Source of the DNA: Tricharina praecox
Taxonomy: Eukaryota
Direction of reading: 5' to 3'
Assembly: GCF_024521635.1 (NCBI RefSeq)
Contig: NW_026250405.1
Location: forward strand, 1,116,001-1,180,000
DNA: 64,000 bases
Made by a program: the position numbers and the translations under genes. Of the stretch, positions 33,442-46,402 are shown one piece after another; position 1 is the first letter of the stretch; each line of letters opens with the position of its first letter. The notes beneath the pieces are model-generated. The model was not told the origin of the DNA, did no database searches, and saw only the letters and a list, made by a program, of their open reading frames with translations.

Positions 33442-36400
33442 GTAGCCCCTCCTAAGGCTCGAGTTCCCACGAGAGCAAGTTGAACTGGTCCAGGCTTCGT
33501 TGGGTAACGTTGGTGGAAGTCGTCCACTGCCTGTACGTCCACAAGGTTCTCCTCAGGTTCCCACGTCGGTGCCGTGAAACCCCCCTTGACTAGGTACTGG
33601 AGTCTTCCCCTCAGCGTTCTGCTGTCCAGCACTTCCTCCACCTCCCATTCTTCTTGGTCGTTCACAATTACCGGTAACGGTGGCGGCAGGATCTGGCCGG
33701 GGGGGGGTCGGCCGATGCATGGAGGAGGGACACTGGGAAGGTGCGGTGCTTTTGGATGGTGTTCGGGATGTCCAGTTCGTATGCGTGGGTTCCGATGGCT
33801 CGGGTAATCCGATAGGGTCCGTGGTGTTTGTTTTCCAGTTTTCGGCTTGGTCGCTCCGTCCGCCAGTTTCGGCCGTCCATCCATACCAAGTCTCCAGGCT
33901 GGAAGGCCGGTGCGTGGGTTCGGTGTGAGACTGGAACGATTTCGGTCGTCGGAGTCGATTGATAGAATAGGATAAGAATGAAGATAGATAGTATTCTTTC
34001 TTTCACAAGCGGAATAATCTTAAGGGGTAGTGTCGATGGTTTTCTGGTTGCTGATTGTCATGATGAATCTTTTGCCGTGTCGTCGGAAGTCTATATAGTT
34101 GGGTGATTTGATCGAGTCACGTGCCAGCCGTTGCCGTAGCTTGTTGCCGGATGGAAACCCTGGCGTGAAATCTCTGCACTTGGTGCAGGAGACTTTCTCC
34201 GCCATGTCATCAGAGTCGTCGTAAGCCTTCAGGATAGTTTATACAAACTAGGCAGGTATGGCGCACCAATCCTTACCCGAGCATAGTCCGGTTTCAGCTA
34301 TCTTTCGCTGGGCAACGGCTGCGCCTTTCGGCACGGCTCTTATTTGCTTAAGACGCGAGAAGAGGGGCAACACTCGTCATAGTGGTTTGTCTCCGATCAG
34401 AGTTTCTCTGCGCTTGTTTCGCGATTCGCCTGCCTCAAGTCAAGCATGACTGTATCGGACTTTTCGTGCGTATCGCTGCGCCTCCGATCCCACCTAGACT
34501 CTGGTTCCGTTTGCTTCGGTGCCGGTCCGTGTTGTCCTGCTGCCGTGCTTGGGCGTAGCGCATCTCACTTCGGGCAACGTCGTGGATCTGTTGGAGTCGC
34601 TCTAGCCGCTGTCTGCGCCTGTCGCTCTTCGTTCGTGTCGGTTCGGATGTCAAGCTCGAAGTCGCAACGGGGGTGGTAGCCTAGGTTAGCAAAAAACGGG
34701 GACAGGGTAGTGGTGTCGGATGTCTGGTTGTTGCCAGCGAACTCTGCTAAGAATAGGTAGTCGACCCAGTCGTCCTGCAGGTAGCTCACGTATGCCCGGA
34801 GGTGTTGTTCCATTACCGCATTCATCCTCTCTGTTTGACCGTCTGTCTGCGGGTGGAACGCCGTGGAGAGCCGTGCGTCGATCTTGAGGCAAGAGCATAG
34901 ATGTTTCCAAAATCGTGAGGCAAACTGGGGGCCCCGGTCCGATACGATGGTGTCGGGTAGTCCGTGGTATCTGAAGATCTGATCGCAGAATAGTTCGGCG
35001 AGTCCCTCAGAGGTGATGGTCGTGTTGCAGGGGAGCAGGTGTCGTCGCCTGGTGAGGCGGTCCACAAATACGCAAATGGCATTGAATCCTTTTGAGTGAG
35101 GAAGCCCGGTGACGAAGTCGACGGAGATATGTTGCCAGGGTTTCTCAGGTACTGGGAGTGGGCGGAGCACACCGCAGGGGGCGTTTCTTGTTGCTTTGGT
35201 CCGTCTGCAAGTGTGGCAGTTTCTCACGAATCTCTCAACGTCCTTCCGCATGTGGGGCCAGTAGTAGTTCCGGGCCAGGAGTTCCAAGGTTTGTGCGCTT
35301 CCGGGATGGCCCATAGCAGGTGCGCTGCGGTGGTCCTGGATCAGGCGAAGTCTGTGTGGGTCGTGTTCAGGAACGTAGAAGCAATCGCGGTAATGTAATT
35401 GTCCGTTGACTTTGCTGCAGTCAGCGAGCGAGATGTCCTTCGAGTGGCGTGTTCGGTGTCTGAGCAGTTGGAGGATCTTCTTCGGCCGTGGATCTGCCTG
35501 ATATGCTTAGGTTATCAGGGTAGAGAGTGCGGGACGGGGTACTTCCAGCGGGTTAGTCGCTGACAATCTCAATTCTTCCGGCAGGTTTTGGTGCTTGAGG
35601 ACTGCTTGTTGGTTCGCCAGCAGTCTTTCATCCCCCTCCTTAGGGAGGTCTCCTGACCTCCTTGTCAATGCATCCGGTTTCCCTCCTGCTTTACCAGGTC
35701 GATGGACGATTTTGAAGTCGAAACGGGACAGGAATTCCGACCATCGTGCTTGCCGGCAGTTGAGCAACTTGATTGACATGAAGTATTTCAAGTTCTTATG
35801 TTTGTTCAGCACTTGGATCGGGTGCGCAGCTCCTTCAAGGTGTGGTCTCCATGCTCAAAGGCTCGAACAATCGCCAACAATTCTTTGTCGTAGATTTCGT
35901 AATTGCATTCCGCCGGGGAGTGTTTCTTTGAATAGAAGGCAACTGGATGCAAGATTCCATCGTCGTCGTACTGGGAGAGGATACCGGCCGATACGTAATC
36001 CGAGGCATCAGTTTCCACCACTATTTCTCGGTCGTAGTCGAAATGTCGGAGGATCGGGGCGCTAGTGAAGGCAGTCTTGAGAGTGTCGAAGGCTTGCTGT
36101 TGGTCAATACCCCATTCGAAGGGGACGTACTTCCCATTTTCCTTTTTGTCATTGCCGTCAGGGGAGATACCACCTTAGAGTAGTCCTGGATAAAGCGTCG
36201 GTAGAAGTTCGCAAAGCCCAAGAAACATTGCACATCCGTTACCGTCGTCGGTTTTTCCCATTCGAGTACGCAAGAGACTTTGGCAGGATCCATTTTAATA
36301 CCCTCCGTGGTTATGATCAGGCCCAGGTATTTGACCTCCGTCTGGTGGAAGTGGCATTTCTCCGGTTTTAAGTGCAGTCCGGCCGATGAAAGGGCGCGTA

Positions 36401-39400
36401 GCACCTTGGTGACCTGTTTTCGGTGTTCTTCCAGTGACGCGCTGTAGATAAAGACGTCATCTAGGAAGGCGGTACAGAAGTCGTCCAGGAACGGTCGTAA
36501 AACGTCGTTGATCAGGGCTTGGAAGTCGGCTGGCGCGTTGGTTAGCCCGAAAGGCATTACCAATGATTCGAAAAGTCCGTAGCGGGTCCGGAAGGCCGTT
36601 TCCATTCCTCCCCTTCTGCCATTCGTACCAGGTTGTAAGCACCGCGGATATCCAGTGTTGTAAAATACTTTGCACCGGACAGTCGCATCAAGGTTTCCTG
36701 GAGCAGGGAAGTGGGTAGCGGTTCTTGATGGTTCCTTCGTTCAGGCCTCGATAGTCCACACACAGTCGCAAGGAGCCGTCCGATTTTTTGACAAACAGGA
36801 TCGGTGATGCCGCTGGTGATGAGGACGCACGATAAATCCCTTGCTCAGATTGTCGTCAAGCCATTCCTTGAGTGCGACCAGCTCGGTTTTCGAGAGCGAA
36901 TAGAGGGGTCCGTAAGGGGGCACAAATCCTTCCTTTAGTGGGATCTTGTGGTCGTATTGCCGATGGGGTGGTAGGTTCTGCGCCAACCTTTCGGAGAAGA
37001 GGTGGAGAAATTCGTGATATTCGGGGGGAATGTGGGCGGTTGAGCTCTGTTTTTCTTCAGATAGAACTTCATTGATCTCCCTCAGGGTCGTGGTGAAGAT
37101 GGTGAGGTTCTCCTTTCCTGCCATCTGCTGGAAAGACTTCATTCGGAGGGCTGAGATTCTGACCGTGGGTTTTCTCTGGTTAGCATCCTGCTGGTGTTCA
37201 TTGATCTGGGGAGACGTAACGTATCGGGCCACGATGTCGCCGGCCCCCGCGCTTACCGCTGGCTCCTCCAGAGCTACGTTTGGTGCGAGAGCGTAAGGTA
37301 GTTCCGGTGGGTCTGTGGTGATACCGTGGGCTACTGTGGGTACCGTATTGCAGTGTGCAGTGCAATATTGGGAACCAAAGGTGAGGGTGCGTGAGCTGAA
37401 TCGGATGGCCACGTCGTGTAGGTCCATCCAGGGAATTCCGAGTACGATTGGGTAGTGCCCCAGTTTGGTGACGAACATCGGGAGTTCTTCGTGGTGCTCT
37501 TGAATTGACAGGGTGGTGGTGGCAACGTGTGTGATGTCGCCGGACTCGATGGGGCGGCCGTCGATGACCTCAAGGGCGCGCGGGGATTCAAGGGGTACAA
37601 GGGGTAGGTTGTGATGGCGGGCGAAGTCTTTGTCTACAAAGGCGATTCCGGTTGCTCCACAATCGATCAGCGCATGCGTGGCAATGGTTTTGTCACCAAA
37701 CGAAAGGTTACATAGTACAACGAGATGTTTTCCTTCCATTGATGATTCCTCCACTACCATCCCAGACACTGACAAATTGGACAAACGATAATGAGTAGAA
37801 AAGGGAGAAAAAGACTTATCCTGGGTACGACCAACAACGGTGCCATCAAGCAGTTGTTGGTCTAGGCTTTTCCCGACTGTCCCTTGGTTGTCGCCACAAT
37901 TCTGGTTGCAATTGTGGTATGGGTGGTCGGGTGGTCAGGGTTCCAGGTTGCTCGTGCGTCAGCTGTGCAGCTGCGGCACGGAAAGGGTTCCGATTCTTGT
38001 TCGGGCAGTGTCGGGCCATGTGGCCACTGCCTCCACAGTATAGGCAGCGACCCTCGCGGAGACGCGCAGCTCGTTCTTGATCAGAGATCTTGCGACTGTT
38101 CGCGCTGAGGTCCATAGCCCCTGGGGCTGTTCCGGTTGCAGTGGTTGCCGGTGGTGTACTGTTATGGCGTTTGATTCCTCGGCGGAGCTGGGGGTTGCGG
38201 GGTGGGGTTTTGTCGCGGGGGGTTGCGGCGGCCTTCACGGAGTTGGAGGGCACGTAGCTCGGAATCGAGGCTCTGGCAGAGAGCCACGAACTGGTTGTAG
38301 GTGAGTCCCTGAGTGCGGCCCACCAGTTGTCGGTGGAGCTCGATGGAGACTCCTTCGCGGAGTGCGTCGAGTTTGGCATGTTCGTCCCTGTTCAGCTTGG
38401 ACACAGGCCTTTGAAACTCTGCAAAGTAAGACGTAAAGTCCTTGTTCCCTTGCTTGAGGCGGTGGAGTTCGACGCGTGCCGTGGCCGCTGGGTCGGGATC
38501 GCCAAAGGAGTTTTCGAGATTGGTGACCATGGCATCGGCGTAGCTCAAGCTGATCAGGTTGTTCTGGATATACGGCAGTATCCGGGCTTGGGCAGGCGTT
38601 TGAGACGGTTCAAGGTGTAGGCCATTCTGAGTGCTGCGGACAGGAAACAGGTAGGGTCACTGTACAGTTTGAGTCGAAGCTGGGCAACGAACCCTTCAAG
38701 ATTCTCTCGAATGCCATGGAACATGGCTGGCTCTGGGATGCGCTCGGCGCGGCCCTGGGGTTGGGTTTCTTGTGTGGCGAGACGGTTGACGATACGGCGG
38801 GAGTTGGCAAGTTGTTCTTCGAGGTCGTCTACTCGCCAGGTGGGTGCTGCTGTGGGGGATTGGGTGATTGCACGGCCTATGATTTGGAACTGGTCATACA
38901 ACCCCAACAGAGTCGCAACGTCGGCGGGGGAGTCCTGGTTGACGATGATCCCAAGTTGTTCGTAGATGGTGGCAGGAATTTCTCGATAGTAGGGGGGTGC
39001 CACCAGTACTTCCTCCTGCTGGGGAGGGTGTGGTGCTGGATTGTTGGTGGCCATGGTTCTTCGCTAGGTGGAGAGATAGGCGACGCAACAAAGTGTAACA
39101 GCACGGTCGGGCAAGGCTCCAGGTAGCGAAGCCGGGCTGGTAATCGGGTTCTAGGTTCGGCAAAGGCAAGACGGGTTCAGAGGACAAGGTGAGGCAGGGC
39201 TCAGTGGAGACGGCAACTGAGAACAGAGGCAGGGACAAGGACTACGGCGCAAACGGCAGCCGAGGCAAGGACAGAGGTACCAGTGATTGAATTAACACGT
39301 TGTTGCGTGAAGAACTAAATACAGAGGGGCAACGGCCCGTTTATATAGGAAATCCTCCACTTCTTCCCGCAACCTGACAATGACCGTGGGGGTGTGCCAG

Positions 39401-39653
39401 ACCCTGAATAATCCACCTTGCCAGTACCCCACTTCCGTGACTCATACCCTGCGCAGCTGCACTACCCCTGCTTCCTGCAGCCAGCCCCAATCTCCTGCGG
39501 CTCATTGCTGCGCTATCCCTGCTCCCTGCACACAGCCCCCAATCCTCTGCGGACTCATCCTTGCACTGCCGGTGCACTGCCTCTGCACTGCCCCCCAACC
39601 CTCCCGATCCTTGTGCCGACCCTCCCTTCGTCATTCCATCGCGAGCCGTGACA
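32933..39653 (-). mobile_element. E4: family-A1 element, array unit 3, degenerate
   Basis: Gag and pol match E1 (QQEEVLVAPP, PPEYHEFLHLFSER, FLDD); many indels and stops; LTRs 32933-33441 (509 bp, A1 U3) and 39094-39653 (560 bp, A2 U3). Confidence 0.95.
33924..34517 (-). mobile_element. Truncated solo family-C LTR in E4 integrase
   Basis: TGTGAGACTGG start; TTCGG at 33919-33923 and 34515-34519; about 140 bp of the LTR end is missing; host sequence resumes seamlessly. Confidence 0.92.
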
Positions 39654-42600
39654 GTAGTCCCTCCTAAGGCTCGAGTTCCCACGAGAGCAAGTTCGACTGG
39701 TCCAGGCTGCATGGGGTATCGTCGATGGAAGTCGTCCACAGCGTGTACTTCGGTAAGGTTCTCCTCTGGTTCCCATGTTGGTGCCGCGTAGCCTCTCCAT
39801 TTTACCAGGTACTGGAGTTTGCCCCTGAGGTTCCGGCTGTCGAGGACCTCTTCAACCTCCCATTCTTCTTGGTCGTCCACGATTACCGGAAGTGGTGGCG
39901 GTGGAATTTGTCCAGGGAAGGGATCGTCAGCGGAGGCATGAAGGAGGGATACAGGAAATGTTCGGTGCTTCTGAACGGTGTCCGGGATGTTCAATTCGTA
40001 GGCGTGGGTTCCGATTGTCCGAATCACACGGTAGGGACCATGGTGTTTGTTTTCCAGCTTGCGACTGGGTCTCACGGTGCGCCAGTTCCGACCATCCACC
40101 CATACCTTGTCGCCTGGTTGGAACGCTGGCGCAGGGGTTCGGTGTCGGTCGGAGTCGTCCTGTTGCCGTACCTGGGCATACCGCATTTGGCTGCGGGCGA
40201 CGTCGTGGATTTGATGCAACCGTTCTGCTGCACTCTGAGCTTGATGTTCCTCCTTGGTGTCGACACGGATATCCAGCTCAAAGTCACACCGTGGGTGGTA
40301 TCCTAGGTTAGCGAAGAATGGGGACAGGGTAGTCGTGTCGGAGACCTGGTTGTTGCCAGCGAATTCGGCCAAGAAGAGGTAGTCGACCCAGTCATCCTGG
40401 AGGTAGCTGACGTACGCGCGGAGGTGCTGTTCCATGACGGCGTTCATCCGTTCGGTTTGGCCGTCGGTCTGGGGGTGGAAGGCAGTTGACAGGCGTGGCT
40501 CGATCTTGAGGCATGAGCATAGGTGTTTCCAGAATCTCGAGGCAAACTGGGGACCCCTATCCGAGACGATGGTTTCTGGCAACCCGTGGTACCTGAAGAT
40601 CCGGTCGCAGAACAGCTCGGCCAGTCCTTCTGAGGTGATGGTCGTGGTACATGGTAGGAGATGGCGTTGCTTGGTCAGTCGGTCAACAAAAACACAGATG
40701 GCGTCAAACCCCTTTGAGGCCGGTAAGCCAGTGACAAAGTCGACTGAGATGTGTTGCCATGGCTTCTCGGGTACTGGGAGGGGGCGCAGGACACCATAGG
40801 GTGCGTGCCGGGTGGCCTTGGTTCATCGGCAGGTGTGGCAGTTTCGGACAAACTGGTCAACGTCCTTTCGCATCTGTGGCCAGTAGTACCTTCGAGCAAG
40901 TAGTTCCAGGGTTTTTGCGCGCCCTGGGTGCCCCATGGTCGGTGGGCCGTGGTGGTCCTGGATCAGTCGTAGTCGGAGTCGGTCGTACTCTGGAACATAG
41001 AGGCAGTCTCGGTAGATCAGTCGCCCGTTGACTTCACGGCATTCGGCCAAGGAGATCTCCTTCGAGTGGCGTGTACCATTTCGGAGTAGCTCGAGGATTC
41101 GATTTGGGACGGGGTCTATGTCGTAGCCTTCTGTTATCAGTGACGTGACGAGGGGACGGTCTTGTTCGGGTGTGTTGGTTGCTGCCAACTGGAGTTCTTC
41201 CGGTAGGTTGTCCGGTTTCAGGACTGCCTGCTGGTTGGCGAGCAGTCTTTCATCCCCTTCTTTAGGGAGGTCTCCTGACCTCCTGGTCAGTGCATCCGGT
41301 TTTCCTCCCGCTTTGCCTGGTCGGTAGACAAATTTGAAATGGAAACGGGAAAGGAACTCTGACCATCGCGCTTGTCGTCGGTTGAGTAGTTTCGTTGTCA
41401 TGAAATACTCCAGATTCTTGTGGTCGCTTAGGACTTGAATGGGGTGAGGAGCGCCCTCCAGATGTGGTCTCCACTCCTCAAAGGCGCGGATGATTGCAAG
41501 GAGTTCTTTGTCATAGATCTCGTAGTTGCATTCTGCCGGTGAGTGTTTCTTGGAATAGAATGCCACTGGGTGCAGGATTCCCTCGTCGTCGTACTGAGAT
41601 AGGACTCCGGCAGAGACGTAGTCGGAGGCGTCAGTTTCCACTACTATCTGCCGATCGTAGTCGAAGTGCCGGAGGATCGGGGCCGAGGTGAATGCTGTTT
41701 TTACTTCGTCGAATGCTTTCTGCTGTTCCGGTCCACACACGAAGGAAACATACTTTCCATCCTCCTTCTTGGTCAATGCTGTCAGTGGGGATACCACCTT
41801 GGAATAGTCTTGGATGAATCGCCGGTAGAAGTTCGCAAATCCCAGAAAGCATTGCACATCGGTGACGGTACTCGGCTCCTCCCATTCCAGTATGCAGGAG
41901 ACTTTCGCTGGGTCCATCTTGATCCCGTTTGTTGTAATGATCAGTCCCAAATACTTGACTTCGGTCTGGTGGAAATGACATTTTTCGGGTTTGAGATGTA
42001 GACCGGCTGCTGATAAGGCCTGAAGTACTTTCCTGACATGTTTCCGGTGTTCATCTAAGGATCCGCTGTAAATGAAGACGTCATCGATGAATGCGGTACA
42101 GAAGTCGTCGAGGAACGGGCGTAGCACATCGTTGATCAGAGCTTGGAAGTCGGCAGGGGCGTTGGTGAGGCCGAAGGGCATGACGAGGGATTCGAAGAGC
42201 CCATAGCGTGTCCGGAAGGCAGTTTTCCACTCTTCTCCTTCCGCCATCCGCACAAGGTTGTAGGCACCAGCGGATATCCAGGGTAGGTGAAGTATTTTGC
42301 CCCGGATAGCCGCATCAGAGTTTCTTGGAGGAGTGGGAGTGGGTACCTGTTCTTGATTGTTCCTTCGTTCAGGCCCCTGTAATCCACACACAGGCGTAGG
42401 GAGCCGTCCGATTTCTTGACAAACAGGATTGGCGATGCTGCTGGAGAGGAAGAGGCACGGATGAAACCTTTGCTGAGGTTGTCGTCAAGCCATTCCTTCA
42501 GTGCAACAAGCTCCGTTTTCGAAAGTGAGTACAGGGGTCCGTATGGGGGCGTAAATCCCTCCTTGAGTGGAATCTTATGGCCGTAGTGTCGGTGCGGGGG

Positions 42601-45288
42601 CAAGTTCTGGGCAAGGGCTTCAGAGAATAGCGGTAGGAACTCGTGGTATTCGTGAGGGATATGTGCCGTGGGGTCCTTGTTTCCTTCCAGTGCGCCGTTG
42701 ACCTCGGCAAGCGTGGTGTTGAGAATCGTGAGGCTTTCCTTGTTGACCAGTTCTTGGAATGACTCCATCTGTAAGGCTGAGATTCTGACTGTGCTTTCCC
42801 TTGAAAGGTTAGTGCATTCTTGGTGATTCTTCCTTGGGGGAGACGTAATGTAGCGGGCCACGATGTTGCCGGCCCCCGCGCTTACCGCTGGCTCTTGCTG
42901 AGCTGCTTTTGACGCGAGAGCGTAGGTGGATACGTCAGGCGGGTCGGTGGTGATTCCATGTGCAACTGTGGGCACCGCATTGCAATTGGCTGTGCAGTAT
43001 TGGGAGCCGAAGGTGAGGGTTCGGGAGCTGAACCGGATGGCCACATCGTGGAGGTCCATCCAGGGGATTCCGAGTACAACAGGGTAGTGGCCTAGTTTGG
43101 TGACAAACATAGGGATTTCCTCGTGGTGTTCCTGTATGGACAGGGTGGTGGTGGCAACATGTGTGATGTTGCCTGACTCGATGGGACGGCCATCGATGAC
43201 TTCGAGACTTCGCGGGGATTTCAGGGGTACGAGGGGTAGGTGGTGATGGCGGGCGAAGTCTTTGTCTACAAATGCAATTCCGGTTGCCCCAGAGTCGATC
43301 AGCGCATGCGTGGCAATAGTTTTGTCACCAAACGAAAGGTTACACAATACAACAAGATGTTTTCCTTCCATTGATGATTCTTCCACAACCATTCCTGACA
43401 CTGAGAGACTAGACAAACGAAAAATAGGGGACATAGGAGACAAAGACTTATCCTGGGTACGACCAACAACAGTGCCATCAAGGTGTTGTTGGTCTAGGCT
43501 TTTCCCGACTGCTGGGAGGTCTCGCCGCAATCCTGATTGCAGTTGTGATAGGTGTGAGTCGGGGTGGTGTTGGTGGGCTGGGCTGACTCCAACCGGGCAA
43601 CAGCTGCTTGGAACGGATTTCGGTTCTTGTTGGGGCAGTGCCTGCCCATGTGGCCACTTCCCCCACAGTACAGGCAGCGGCCTTCGCGGAGCCGGGCAGC
43701 ATGCTCTTGGTCTGGGATCCTGCGGCTATTGGCACTCAAGTCCATGGCTCCGGGGGCCGTTCCTGTGGCAGTGGTCGTCGCGGGCATGGTGTTGTGGGTG
43801 GTGTGCCTGAGCGGCGCCGTCGGGTGTATGGCGCTTCTCTGCCGAGGGGGGTTGGTGGTGCGGCGTCCCTCACGAAGTTGGAGGGCACGCAGCTCGGAGT
43901 CAAGGCGTTGACAGAGGGCCACAAACTCATCGTAGTTGAGTCCCTGAGTACGGCCCACAAGTTGCCAGTGGAGTTCGATGGATACTCCTTCTCGCAGCGC
44001 GTCAAGTTTCGCATGCTCGTCCCAATTGAGCTTGGAGACAAGCATCTGGAATTCCACAAAGTAGGAGGTGAACTCCTTATTGCCTTGTTTCAGGTGGTGT
44101 AGCTTGGCTCGAGCGGTGGCCGCTGGGTCAGGGTCACCAAATGCGTTGTTCAGGAGTGTGATGATCGCATCAGCGTCGGTGAGGGTGATGTTGTGATTCT
44201 CGATGTACGGCAGGATCTGGGCTTGGGCGCGGCCTTCCAAGCGGTTGAAGGCATAGGCTATTCGGAGTGCTGGAGTTGGGAAACGGGCTGGGTCGCTGTA
44301 CAGCTTGAGTCCAAGTTGCGCAACGCACCCTTCCAGTTTCTTGCGTGTTCCGTCGAACATGGCTGGCTCTGGGACACGCTCAGCGCGGCTTTGAGGTTGG
44401 GTTTCGACGGTTGCGAGGCGGTTGGCGATGCGGCGGGCGTCAGCAAGTTGTTCTTCGAGGTCGTCGAATCGCCAGGTCGGTACGGCTATTGGGAACTGGG
44501 TGATTGCGCGGGCGAGGATTCTGAATTCATTGTACAACCCCATCAGGGTTGCATCATCGGCGGGTACATCATGATTGACGATGATCTCGAGTTGTTCGTA
44601 GATAGCGGCAGGAATTTCTCGGTAGAAGGGGGGTGCCACTGGTACTTCGTCCTGCTGGGGGACGCCAGGTACCTGAGTGTTGGTGGCCATGGTAGTTCGC
44701 TAGGTGGAGAAATAGGGGACGCAACAAAGTGTAACGGCACGGTCGGGCAAGGCTCCAGGTAGCGAAGTTGGGCTGGGGATCGGGTTCTGGGTTCGGTAGA
44801 GGCAAGACGAGTTCAGGGGACAAGGTGAGGCAGGACTCAGTGCAGACGGCAACTGAGAACAGAGGTAGGGACAAGGACTACGGCGCAGACGGCAGCCGAG
44901 GCAAGGACAGAGGTAACAGTGGTTGAATTAACAAGTTGTTGCGTGAAGAACTAAATACAGAGGGGCAACGGCCCGTTTATATAGAAAATCCTCCACTTCT
45001 TCCCGCAACCTGACAATGACCGTGGGCGTGTGCCAGACCCTGAGAAATCCACCTTGCCAGTACCCCACTTCCGTGACTCATACCCTGCGCAGCCGCACTA
45101 CCCCTGTTTCCTGCACACAGCCCCAATCTCCTGCGACTCATTGCTGCGCTATCCCTGCTCCCTGCACACAGCCCCAAATCCTCTGCGACTCATCCTTGCA
45201 CTGCCGGTGCACTGCCTCTGCACTGCCCCCCAACTCTCCCGGTCCTTGTGCCGACCCTCCCTTCGTCATTCCATCGCGAGCCGTGACA
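39094..45288 (-). mobile_element. E5: family-A2 element, array unit 4
   Basis: LTRs 39094-39653 and 44730-45288; pol has a frameshift near 42285 and a CGA>TGA stop at 40823-40825. Confidence 0.95.
43494..44690 (-). CDS. gag: Gag of E5 (398 aa)
   Basis: Intact ORF, near-identical to E2 Gag. Confidence 0.92.
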   Translation of the reverse strand: MATNTQVPGVPQQDEVPVAPPFYREIPAAIYEQLEIIVNHDVPADDATLMGLYNEFRILARAITQFPIAVPTWRFDDLEEQLADARRIANRLATVETQPQSRAERVPEPAMFDGTRKKLEGCVAQLGLKLYSDPARFPTPALRIAYAFNRLEGRAQAQILPYIENHNITLTDADAIITLLNNAFGDPDPAATARAKLHHLKQGNKEFTSYFVEFQMLVSKLNWDEHAKLDALREGVSIELHWQLVGRTQGLNYDEFVALCQRLDSELRALQLREGRRTTNPPRQRSAIHPTAPLRHTTHNTMPATTTATGTAPGAMDLSANSRRIPDQEHAARLREGRCLYCGGSGHMGRHCPNKNRNPFQAAVARLESAQPTNTTPTHTYHNCNQDCGETSQQSGKA

Positions 45289-45665
45289 GTCCTGGATCGT
45301 ATAAGCCGAACGAAGCTCGCGAGGACAAGTCATCGACGCACAGCGCAACAACATTGAAAGAAACACCCTTAAGATTATTCCGTTGTGAATTATCGAAATC
45401 CCTGACTTTTATTCTATACTCGATAATACCATTAATTCCGACGTCCTGAACTCGTTCCAGTCTCACATTTGCTCACTCCTGCCCAACTTGTCTCTATGCT
45501 ATGACTATTTATTCTTGTGTTTCAATCACTTCTGAATAAACCACTCTTGCTGTGATTTCGCGAGCGTCGATCGGGGTGTCACACAAAGTTGATTGTCAGG
45601 TTCTAGCACACGCCCATAGTCATAGTCAGGTTGCTCGAAGATGTGGAGAATTTTCTATATACTTG
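45289..45665. mobile_element. Patchwork of old LTR fragments
   Basis: B-like LTR 3' part on + ending CCAGTCTCACA at 45467; another LTR end GGGGTGTCACA at 45583; diverged A-LTR piece at 45584-45665. Confidence 0.75.
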
Positions 45666-46402
45666 GACAACCAAGAAGAATGGGAGGTTGAAGAGGTCCT
45701 CGACAGCCGGAACCTCAGGGGCAAACTCCAGTACCTGGTGAAATGGAGAGGCTACGCGGCACCAACATGGGAACCAGAGGAGAACCTTACCGAGGTACAA
45801 GCTGTGAACGATTTCCATCGACGATACCCCATGCAGCCTGGACCAGTCAACTTGCTCTGGTGGGAACTCGAGCCTTAGGAGGGACTACTGTCACGGCTCG
45901 CGACGGAACGACGAAGGGAGGGTCGGCACAAGGATCGGGAGAGTTGGGGGCAGTGCAAAGGCAGTGCACCGGCAGTGCAAGGATGAGTCGCAGAGGATTG
46001 GAGGCTGTGTGCAGGGAGCAGGGATAGTGCAGTAATGAGCCGCAGGGGATTGGGGCTGTGTGCAGGAAGCAGGGGTAGTGTGGCTACACAGGGTATGAGT
46101 CACGGAAGCAGGGTACTGGCAAGGTGGATTTCTCAGGGTCTGGCACACGCCCACGGTGATTGCCAGGTTGCGGGAAGAAGTGGAGGATTTCCTATATAAA
46201 CGGGCCGTTGCCCCTCTCTATTTAGTTCTTCACGCAACAACTTGTTGATTCCACAACTGTTACCTATGTCCTTGCCTGGGCTGCCATCTACGCCGTAGTT
46301 CCTGTCTCCTCCCTTGTTTCTCAGTTACCGTCTACAGTGTGTTCCGTCTTGTTCTGTCTTCCCGACTCCTCTTGCCCAAGGCCAACCCAGTTCGTGTCCA
46401 CC
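45666..46402 (+). mobile_element. 3' end of a family-A element: chromodomain, PPT and LTR (45889-46402, interrupted)
   Basis: [49 protein letters not shown]5 resembles the 13768 variant. Confidence 0.9.

Noticed and set aside
45289..45467. Other half of the B LTR starting at 14107
   Set aside because: Flanks GGTAC and TTTGC do not match, several hundred bp would be missing, and the sequence is a more divergent variant.
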